Origin: Neocallimastix sp. 'constans'
Lineage: Eukaryota
NCBI GenBank assembly: GCA_050613775.1
Contig: JBODTK010000013.1
Coordinates: 682,001 to 746,000 of the forward strand
Length of the DNA stretch: 64,000 nt
Direction: 5' to 3'
Program-made: the position numbers and the translations under genes
Shown here: one piece after another, positions 47,695 through 64,000 of the stretch
Layout: every line of letters starts with the position of its first letter
Position numbering within the stretch: position 1 is the stretch's first letter
Notes under the pieces: model-generated
What the model was told of the DNA's origin: nothing
The model's input: only the letters and a program-made list of their open reading frames with translations
Databases searched by the model: none

Positions 47695-48126
47695 GGATTA
47701 TTTTTATATGCTATTTCTTTAAATGAAAAGTTTATAAATTAAAAAATATATATATATATTTATATAAAATAAAATAAAAAAAAAAAATTTTTTTTTTGAT
47801 AAAATTATATAAAAAATAAATTATCTATTTGTAAATAAAAAAATAAAAAAAAAATAAATTTTTTTTTTTTTTTTGTATATGTGTATGTATGTGCATATAT
47901 ATATTTAAATAATAATATAAAAAAAAATTTATAAGAAAAAAAAAATTAAAAAAAATATAATAAATATATATAAATAAAAATAGTTTACAATTTTTTTTTT
48001 TTTTAATTATTATTATTTTTTTTTTAATGGTTATGGGTATATATTGTTGTTGTTTTTCTACTTTCTTTATATAATATATATATTATAAATTAGTTTATAT
48101 ATTTTATTTTTTATTTTTTATGTTTA

Positions 48127-48157
<31 letters not shown>

Positions 48158-48172
48158 CAAATAAAATAAATT

Positions 48173-53298
<5,126 letters not shown>

Positions 53299-53342
53299 AC
53301 TTAATTTTATTTTTTTATATATTATTATTATTATTATAGTTA

Positions 53343-53396
<54 letters not shown>

Positions 53397-55380
53397 ATTA
53401 ATTATTATTATTATTTTTATTATTATTATAATTAATTATTATTATTATTTTTATTATTATAAATATAATTATAATTAATTATAATTAATTATAATTATTT
53501 TTATTATTTTAATTATTATAATATATAATTTTTTATTAAAGAATAATCAAAAAAAAAAAAATAAATTTAATTATTAAATTGACAATAAAAAAAATATTTA
53601 AAAAAAAAATTCATTTTTAAAAGTTCTATTTAACTCTTCTTTATATTTTGTATTCTGATATTATATTTATGAAAATGTTTCTGGTAAACAGTTTAAAATT
53701 AATTTTTTTATTTTGTTTTTTATTTTAAAATAACATAATTTATTGATTTTTAATATATACAATATTTTAATAAATAAATTTAATGTCAAATTTTAAAAAA
53801 AAAAAAAAAAAAAATCTGAATAAAAAAAATTTTAATTTTTTTAAAAATATGAAAAAAAAGTTTTTTTAATTTATAACGTAACACAAAATTTTCCACTTTA
53901 TTTAAAATTAAAATTTAATCAAAATAATTTTTATTCTTTTTTTATAATAAAATAAAATATTGAATAAATTTATATATATTGAAATGTACGTGTATTATTT
54001 ATTTATTATTATTTATTATTAATTTATTATTTATTTATTATTTATTATTTATTATTTGTTATTTATTATTTATTTATTATTTATTATTTATAATTATTAT
54101 TTATTTATTATTTAATATCTATTATTTATTATTTATTAATTATTATTTATTATTTATTTATTTATTATTTAATTATTTAATTATTTATTTATTTTTTATT
54201 TATTTATTTATTTATTATTTATAATTTATTTATTTGTTTATTTATTTATATAAATTTAGATATATTATACCATTGTTGAATTTAAGCAACATTATAAAAA
54301 TTAATAGTAGAAATTGGTTATTGTCATAAAATTTCATTATTGTCAACTTCTTTATGATACAAAGAATTATATTTTTATTATATTTGAAACTTCTTATTTT
54401 GTGTTTAAAATACAATTTTATTTAAAAATATTTAGAAAGGCTTTATTATTAATTACATATAATTAGTTTAAAAAAAAAAAAATAATATTCATAATTATTA
54501 TTATTATTATTAATCTTTATAATAATATTTAATTAAAACTTTTTACATTATATTTAAATACAGTTGTATTTAAAAATATTTATAAAAGCTTTATTATTAT
54601 TAATTACATATAATTAGTTCAAAAAAAAAAATTAAGATATAATTTTATATTATTATTATTATTATTATTGTTATTATTATTATTATTATTATAATTATTA
54701 TTATTATTAATACTTAAGATTTAATACTAATAAAATTAATTACATATTTTTTATATATATTTACTTTTTTTTAAATATATAATATAAAAGTAGTTTTATA
54801 TTAATTTTCAGTAATTTTTTAAACTTTTCGTTTTAGTTTAAATAATAGTTAACATATTTAAAAAAAAAATAATTAAAAAATATATGTTAATATAAAATAT
54901 AATGTTTCTTTAATTTTTAATAATTATACTTAATAATTACACTTTTAAAAGGTTATAATTAAAGTTTAACATGTAAGACTTTTTATAAATATTATCAATT
55001 AATTTATAAAAAAAATATATATATATATATATATATATTTAAAAATTTAATAAATGATTAATTTTATTAATCATTTATTACTTAATATTATTTATATTTT
55101 GGGATACGAGATATTTCATTATTATTTAATTCTTTTATTATTAAGGTATGAGTGATTTTTAAATAGTATAGAAATTATAATTTTTTTAATTTAATCAGCA
55201 TAATGATTAATAATAATAATAATAATAATATAAAATATTTATAAAAATAATAATACTAATAATACTAATAATAATAATAATAAAAATTTTATAATCTTTT
55301 CTTTTTTTTTTTTTTAATTTATAATTTTTTTATTTTTTTATTTTTGAATAATAATAATAATTATAATAAACCTTTTTATA

Positions 55381-55878
55381 ATGAATTATATAAAATTTTT
55401 TTCAATTCACACATTTTTAATTATACTTTTACTTTGCAGTAAATGCTATACATCATGTACAAACCCTGAAATTTTCCAAAATTGTATAAATCAAGTATTT
55501 GATAATCCAACGGATATATGTTATCATCAGAATTGTTTGGACATAATAAATGGTTCAGTTTCTTGTAGTGAACCTATATTTGATATTTATAAAGCATCTC
55601 TCACTTTATATTGTGCTAGAGATACTAATGGTGATTTTTGCCCATATCATTCAGCCATTGAAAAAACTTATGAATATGACAATATCTATGAAGCTTTAAA
55701 AAATGAATTAGCACTTAAAGAAAAAGTAAAGGATACTTGCTACATCGAAAAATGTAAATCAATATTATTTACTAATATTAAAGCAATAATTCTTAATTCT
55801 ATATTGCTTGGAGATAGTCATTACGAAGATATCAATTCTAATGATCTTTATAATGAATTTACCAGTTTATGTAAATAA
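55381..55878 (+). CDS. Small secreted cysteine-rich protein, single exon
   Basis: Signal-peptide-like N-terminus (MNYIKFFSIHTFLIILLLCSKCYT), 10 Cys in the predicted mature region, and the motif YCARDTNGDFCP...DTCYIEKC. Confidence 0.75.
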   Translation: MNYIKFFSIHTFLIILLLCSKCYTSCTNPEIFQNCINQVFDNPTDICYHQNCLDIINGSVSCSEPIFDIYKASLTLYCARDTNGDFCPYHSAIEKTYEYDNIYEALKNELALKEKVKDTCYIEKCKSILFTNIKAIILNSILLGDSHYEDINSNDLYNEFTSLCK

Positions 55879-56300
55879 ACTTTTAATAATAAATATTTTT
55901 GTTTAATTTTTTTTTTTTTTTTTTTATTCTATATATTTATATAGAATTTATTAATGAGAAAAAAAAAAAAAAATAAAATTACTCAATTAATTATTTTAAT
56001 AAAAAAGAAAAGAGAATAAGATTTAAAAAAAAAAAATAATAAAAATAAAAAAAGTATTAATAATAAATAAATATTATGTATGAAATTATTGATAATATAA
56101 TTAAAATAATTATTAATGATAATATTAAAAATTAAATAAAATTTTATTAAAAAAAAAATAAAATAAAAAAAAAAAAAAAAAAAAAAGGCATACAATATTC
56201 AATTTTAAAAGTATAAAAGGTGCTTAATCTTTATTATTATTTTTAAATGCTATAATCTTTATTTTATTTATTTGTTTATTAATATTATAATACTATAATA

Positions 56301-56356
<56 letters not shown>

Positions 56357-56678
56357 TTTAAATTATTAATATTAGTTTTAATTTAACTAATATTAATAAT
56401 TTATTATTACTTATTAATATTTATCTTCGTATATTTAAGTAATCTTTTGTTATTTTTATTTTTATATTTATTATTATCATTAATATTATTGTTATTATAA
56501 TTATTATATGTTAGATTTTTTTTATTAATATTTAATATTGTATTAATAATGTAATTTTGAGAGTTACATATATTTAATTATTAATATATTAAAGACCTGT
56601 TTTAATTTATATTTATGTATATATATTATTATTAAATAATAACATTTTATTTATTTATTTTTTGGATCGTTTTAAAAA

Positions 56679-58727
56679 TTAAAATGATAAATCTCCTTGG
56701 GTTAAAACCTTTTCATTATTAATAATATATTGTATTCTAAATCTAACTTTAATATTATCCTATTATAATATAAATATTCGGGAGGAAATATATATATATA
56801 TAATTATATATAAATATATGATTTTAATAAATAATATCATATTATTTAATTAAAACATTATATACTTACATTATTTTTGTTTAATATTGAAAGAGATTGA
56901 TGAACTTTTTCATTAGATTGTGCTGGAACAACATTAGATGATAATGCACTAAGCTTTAATTGCATAGACTTTGGAACAGCAACTTTAATAATATATATAA
57001 ATTTTTTTAATTAAAAGTATAAAATATTTAAATATATTCATTAATTACATTATAAATACATTATATAATTATTTTAAAAAATTTTTATTTGTTTCATTAA
57101 ATATTATTAGTTTTATTTAATTTAATACCTTGGAAAATAAGATTTTCCATATCATGATCTTTCATATTAGATAAATATACTTCAAAATCGTGAATATTAT
57201 TTTCAACTTTAGTTTGTTCCATTTTTATTTTTAAACCATTTTGTTCAAATTCAGCAACTTTAGAAATAAAATAAAAAATGGTTTTATATAAAAAAAATAG
57301 ATTTATAAATTAATTTATAATATTCTTTTATTATAATAAAAAATTATATAAATTACTAAAATAATATTTAAATAAATGAGTATTATTTTAATTTACCTGG
57401 ATTTTGAACTGTTATTTATAATTTTAATTTTAATTCAATTTATTTAATTTTTAAAAATTTAATCATTAAATTTAAAATAAATAAATAAATTATTAAAAAT
57501 AAAAATAAGAATAAATTATTATAATGTAATATAATATAATAAATATATAAAATATAATAAATAATTACAATAATAATAGTAATTAAAATAAAAATTATTA
57601 TTAATTATATTTTACATTATATATATATATATATACCTGGTACTGTTTGGAATTCCCATATATCATTATTATCTTCAGCATTATTATTATTATTATTATT
57701 ATTATCGTTTTTGTTTGTTTCGGGTATATTATTATTATTCATACTTGGAATATCCAAATCCAATAAATTATTTACAGTTTGTGCATTGGATGATGAACTA
57801 TTTACTGGAGCAGAAGAACTAGATGATGCTGGATTTTCTTTTTCGACATCATTCCATGATAAATTAAATATATCTTTTAAATTTTAAATTTTATTAGCAA
57901 AATAATGAGTACATGTTTTAATTCCAAAAAATAAAATAAAATAAAGTAAAGCGAGATAATAATAATATATATTATACCATTTTGTTGGTTTTTATTAGCT
58001 TGATAAATATTTGGAACAACGTAAGGACTGTTTGTTGATGGTGCCATTGGTTCTATTTTATAAAATAATTAATTTTTGTAATTTTATTAAGAAACAACAT
58101 ACTCAATTAATTAATTTTTAAAATAATAATTATTATTATTACCTTTTCTTTGTACTGGTGGTGTTAATGTAAGAGCAATACTACCCCCAACTCCAAAAGA
58201 TTTATCAATATCCTAAAATTATATTAGTTTTGTAAATATTATTATTTCAAATAATTATAAATGTTTTTTTATATTATTTCAATTCAATATTTACTGTAAA
58301 GCTTAATCCAGTAAGGTCATCAAGTAATGAATCTGATTATTGTTTTTTTGGTATAAATTATAAATGATAATTATAATTGTATAATTAATAAAGATGAATT
58401 TGGAGTATATTAAAATATCTATAAAATAAATTATATTACTGTTTGAACCACTTGGTGGAATACTAGCTTGTACATTATTTTGTTGATTTGACATATCTAT
58501 TGGATCACTATCGAAATCAATAAGAGGAGCTTGATTCTCTTCTTCTTTCTGCTTTTCAATTTGTTCTTGTTCTTCTTTTTGATGTTTAACAGCTTCAGAA
58601 GGAGCTTCAATAAATTCTTCTTCAACCTTCTTTCCATTCTTAATATCATCGTACTTCTTCAATACAACATTTAAAGTATCATTTAATGATAATAAATAAG
58701 CTAATAATTGTTTTTTTTTTTTATTTT

Positions 58728-58763
<36 letters not shown>

Positions 58764-59395
58764 TATTTTATTTCATTTTATTTTTATTTTATTATATTTT
58801 TTTTATGATTATTAATAAATAATAAATGAATATTAAAATTTTAGATTTTCAATATTTATTTTCAATATATTTTTTAAAAAATTATATAATTAAATACCAA
58901 TTCTTTCCTCGTTTTCAGTTTCAGTGACCCAAACTTGAATTTTTGGTTGAGCAGCTTTACAAGATGCAACTAAATCCTTTAAAATTAAATTAAAATTAAT
59001 ATAGAATTTTATTTTATCATATAATTACTATTCTATAATACTTGAATATCAGGTTGGGATAATTCGTGAGGCTTGCAATTTTCTCCAAGACGATTATTTA
59101 ATTCCATTGCTTTTTCTTCAATTTTTTGTAAGTCATCAGAAACTTGTTTCTTATAATCTGGAATAGCTTCTCTATCCTATATATTTTAATAATATTAATT
59201 ACTATATATATTAATTATTTATTTTTATATTTATTGTTGTTTATTAATTTACATATCCAGCCATAATTTTCATTAAATCATTTGCAGCTTCAAGATCAGC
59301 TGGTGTACCTCTTCTTAAAAGTTCATCCAATTTCTTTTGTTATTTAATTAATAATAAAATTAATTTTTTTAAAGTTAATATTTTGAAAAAATATA

Positions 59396-59458
<63 letters not shown>

Positions 59459-60108
59459 ATGGCATTTATATTTATATTAATAATTACAGCTGCGTTTGCT
59501 GTTTGATCTTCTTCTTCTAATTCTTCTTCAGTTTTTAAAACCTAATATATATTACAAATTTATAAGTTATTAATACAATAAAAAAATAATAAATATTATT
59601 ACTGAATATATCCTTTTTACAGTGGATATAATAATTTTTATTATAAAAATATTACTACTTACTGAATTTGGATTCATAACAGCAATAACTTCCTTTGATA
59701 ATTTTGGAAAACGATATCCTTTTTTAATATAATATATAAAATTTAACATAGCATAATATAATAAAATACAATATAATATAAAATAAATATTGTAATTGTA
59801 AATAATAAAATAAATATATTCTATAATTTATATTAAATTAATTACCACGGAATCTCAACAATTTCTTAATTTCAACAATATTTTTAAAATCTTCCTTATG
59901 TCTTGAATTCTCACATAAAGTGCAATTCCATTGTTCAATTAATTCCAAAATTCTACTTTCAACAGGATTATAACCGAGCTTTTATTTATATTGTAATATA
60001 TATTAAAACGATAATACATTGTAGTAAATATTAATATTTACAATTTTAATAAAATAACAATAGAAATATAATTAATAAATAATGAAGATAATTTTAATAA
60101 ATAAAAAT

Positions 60109-60139
<31 letters not shown>

Positions 60140-60842
60140 CAGGTGGTTGACTTGGAAATCTTCTAACTAATTCATTTAAAAATTCCTTTGTTGAAATTTG
60201 TAAATGAAACGGATAACCACAATTCTTAACACAGTGATCAAGTAACTTTTTATTATAATAATATTAATATTAATATTTTTAAAAAAATAGTATTTATACA
60301 AAATCAAATTTCCATTTTAATAAAATAAACATAAATAAACATTATTTTCGTTTATTTATATAAATATATATATATATAGATTATAAATATTTTACACTGA
60401 GTGCAAGAAGAGATACTGTTGGGTTTCTACTGTTGACTTTATTGACAATTGCAATTGCTGCAAATCTTGGACTAAATATTTATATTAATATTAATAGAAG
60501 ATATTTATCATACATTTTTTTTTTAATTATTTATATATGATTAATGATTATTATATTCAATAATTTTTACTTTTAATTTTATTAAAATATTTATATTGAC
60601 TTACTAATTCTTCTTTTTTGTATTAATAATATCACAAATTTCCATATTTAAAGCAAGGTTTGGTTCATACAAGGCTGGATTACATGCTCTTTCTATTATT
60701 CATTATAATAAATTATTAAATATTCAATATCATTCAATTTATTTTAATTCATACATTTCTTAATAAAAAACATTTATATTCTTTGAAATTTACCAACAAT
60801 ATCATCCAATGGATTTGGAGGTCTCATCAATATGTTCATCAT
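56679..60842 (-). CDS. GGA2: GGA clathrin adaptor (VHS-GAT-GAE), multi-exon
   Basis: VHS: RACNPALYEPNLALNMEICD...LLALSL|LDHCVKNCGYPFHLQISTKEFLNELVRRFP. GAT: LKTEEELEEED...KLDELLRRGTPADLEAANDLMKIMAGY. Hinge with PLIDFD/LLDLD. GAE: AVPKSMQLKL...KVRFRIQY. Confidence 0.92.
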
Positions 60843-61465
60843 TTTTGAATATTATTTATATTTATATTTTATTTTATTATATTTTTTATTTTCTAAAGAG
60901 AGAAAAAAAAACTTTCATAATTTAAAATTTATTAAAAATAAATTTTCGAAAATTATTTTTTATATTATTTTTTAATTGTTTTCTTTATTTAAAAATAAAT
61001 AATATTTATATATTACTTTCTTTATGAATTTATATTTATAAATTATATATTTTATATATAACAATTTTTCTTTCTTGTAATAATATTTATATTATTTTGT
61101 TACTTTTATTTTTAATTTTATTTTTAATTTTATTATTTTTTTTTAAAGGTCGTTATTATATGTTTTCCGTTATTGATTATATTTATTCTTATTTTTTTTA
61201 ATATTTTATTAAATAGAAAAATCTTTATAAGTCAAAAATTTAAAATAATATTATTTTATTATATAAAATTAATAAATAGTGTATTATTGATAATATATAT
61301 TTTTTATTAATAAATAAATTAATTAATTAATTAATTAATTATATTATGGATTATTATGATGATTTATTTTTTTTTATCAACTTTTACTATTTAATTACAG
61401 TATAGTAAATCTAAATACATTTACATTTTTATAAACATTTACATTATTAATCAAACGTAATTTAC

Positions 61466-61496
<31 letters not shown>

Positions 61497-61542
61497 TAAT
61501 AATTTTAATTTTACAAATTTTGTCAAAAATAAAATATATTTA

Positions 61543-64000
61543 TTAATTATTCATATCTTGAGAATCTTTTTGATTTGATAATGTCATCCTTTTATTTATA
61601 TTCTCATTCAGGGTTCTTAATGCATCTTTTGAATTAATGTCAAAGAATCCAAATGTATTTCTTTTATTTTGTATCATTTCTGTATTAGTATTCTCTTGAT
61701 GAAGGTCACAATTACTACTATTATTAGAACTTTTCTCATATTTTTCTTCATCTTCTTTACACTCTAGATTAACTGAAAATTGACCGCTATTTCTTTTTTT
61801 AATGCTTATTTCATCTTGGTTAAGATGTAATTTATCTATAATTTCTATTTTATTATCACTTATATGATCACTTTCACATACAGGACTCATTAAACATTTA
61901 ACATTTTCATCTTTTTCATTTTCACTTTCTTCAAATACAGATTCACAAACATCATATGTTACAGATGAAGAGCTTGATACTTCCTTTTTTAATTTTTCTT
62001 TATTATTATTTTGTTTAGTTACTATCATTAATTTACTATTTTCATTATTTATATTTAAATCTTTATTTTCATCATTTGTACTATTTTCATTTTTATTATT
62101 GTTTAATTCTGACTTTGTGTTATTATTATTATCTTCATTTTCATTAACTTGAATTACTACTGAACATTCATCAGCTGTTGAATCGTCAGCATTTTCTATC
62201 ATAATATTGATTGAATCATATCTACTTGCTTCATTATATTGAATTGTATGAGGCATTTGTTGTATTTGATATATGCTACTTTTTGTTTTAACAGCATTTT
62301 TACTCATTCTATTCTTACTTCTAACATTCATATTTGAAATATCAATTGATATATTACCATCAGTTGGGGTTGTTAATGTCGCTGATATAGGTGAATCAGT
62401 AGAATTTGAATTACTAAATGGTGATACTTGTGATATTTCTGATGATAATTCTGAATCAGGTGATTCAGTATTATGATCGAAATAATATTCACTTTTACTA
62501 TGTGAATATGTACCTTTTTGAATAAAACTAATTCTTTTATTATCCAATAATGAATTCCTGTTTGATGATAATTCAGATTCTATTGGTAATATTATTAACG
62601 ATCTATTATTACTAATTCTTTTTTGAACTGCATTTTTACCTTTTTTTCTTTTTATATTTTTAGATAATCTATTTAATTGTAAATTTTTTGAACTTCTTTT
62701 AGAACTTGATTCTAAATCTTTTGTTTGGCTTTTATTAATTCTATGAGATGGGCTTGGATCAAATGATTTGAATGAAGTTTTCGAATATCTAAAAGATTCA
62801 TCGTAGTTTTTAAATATTCGCGATACTTCCTTTGCTAGTTCTTCTTCAAGCATTAGTGATTCTGGTCTAATTTTTATTTCAGGTAAACAATTTGGATTTA
62901 CTGATATTCTATTTTGCTTTGAATGTGGTCGATTACTCATTGGTAATAAATTATTTTTATTATTATTATTCATATTTTTATAATCAAACGTAATATTATT
63001 TTTTTTGTTATTATATAATATTGGACTTTTCTGGCAATAATCTTTATAATAATAATCATTTGATAAATTTAATGGATCGTCATTGTTTATTTTAGTTTGA
63101 TCATTTTCATTTAATGCATTCTTCATCAAGTTGAAATTACTTGATTCTCCTTTTTCTGTTATATCTTGCTCGTTGTCTAAACTACTATTTGACATTTCTG
63201 TTTCCAATTTATTTTTGTCTTTCACTGATTTTTCTTCATCCTTACTTTTTTCATTTTTATTGACCTTATTATTTTCTATTTCTTTTTGTTCTTTTTTTTT
63301 ATCTTGTTTTCTATGTATTACTGCGAAAACTATTGTACCAATAATTAATACAACTAGAACTAATATAAGAATAAAATAAATTACAAAACTATTATTATTT
63401 TCTGTTTGTTCATCCTCTCGCTTTTGGAAATTACCTAATTAATTTAAAATAGTATTTTAATTTAATAAAAAAAAAAGTACGATTTTATAATATTTTATTT
63501 TATTTTTAATGTATTATAATATTTAACTTAACTATATATAATTGTACTATCTTCAAAACATTTATTTAAATCATTTATTTGATAATATTTAATATTTTCA
63601 ATATTACTTGTAATATAATTGTACATATTCATTATATTATATTGATTTTCTTCATTATAATGGCATTTAATAAATTGAATACCATTTGAAAATTTGAAAT
63701 ATTCATTTATATTAGAAAACTCTACAATAGCAGTAACTTTATTTTTTTTTATAATGTTATCACTAAACTCATTTAAATCAACATAATAATCATTTTTCTT
63801 TTTGCAAATTATTCGTTTTAAATACTTTATTTTATGTTCATAAGGTAACCTTTATAATAGAATATGTATAAAAAAATGATGATTTAACATTTTAAATTAT
63901 ACTTTATTGATATTTTGTCAATATTAAATATTTACTAACTTTAAACTGTTTGATTCAATATCAATAGCAGTAAAATTATTATTTGAAATACATTTAATTA
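61543..64000 (-). CDS. Single-pass membrane protein with a long Ser/Asn-rich cytoplasmic tail; 5' end lies outside the window
   Basis: The large last exon (~63434-61543) contains a TM helix FVIYFILILVLVVLIIGTIVFAVIH followed by RKQDKKK. Two upstream exons (~63850-63549 and >64000-63939) splice in frame. Confidence 0.7.

Noticed and set aside
54420..55080. ~148-bp-period direct repeat (gctttattattaattacatataattagtt) and an AT-rich inverted repeat near 55047-55080
   Set aside because: Short and almost entirely A/T; expected from local slippage or chance at this composition.

Overview
Extremely AT-rich, intron-dense eukaryotic DNA full of homopolymer and (TAA)n/(TA)n tracts. Composition, flagellar and centriolar genes and fungal-type GGA/Erv2/Rmi1 point to an anaerobic gut fungus (Neocallimastigomycota); this is an inference. 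Genes I spliced by hand: RMI1 3' end, an FMN-dependent alpha-hydroxy-acid oxidase homolog, RSPH9, a TLDc/OXR1-like gene, SMC1, an orphan coiled-coil ORF, CEP43/FOP, Erv2, a large coiled-coil protein, a secreted Cys-rich protein, GGA, and a single-pass membrane protein cut by the window end. Decayed elements missed by the ORF track: a bacterial-type AAA-ATPase-like pseudogene, a LINE RT relic, and an old tandem duplication across the RSPH9/TLDc junction. The best lead is the intact 7-exon glycolate-oxidase homolog. It has lost its catalytic His (SNHGGRQ->SNDDSRQ) plus the Asp157 and Arg164 equivalents, yet keeps the FMN-binding motifs and ends in a perfect peroxisomal -SKL signal in a presumed anaerobe. 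Other leads: an unexplained GC-richer 700-nt island with tRNA-like and telomere-template-like motifs, a possible +1 frameshift at AAA-TGA in the orphan gene, an Erv2 with a CYKC shuttle, and poly(A)-preceded splice acceptors. Exon boundaries were read by eye and no database searches were run.
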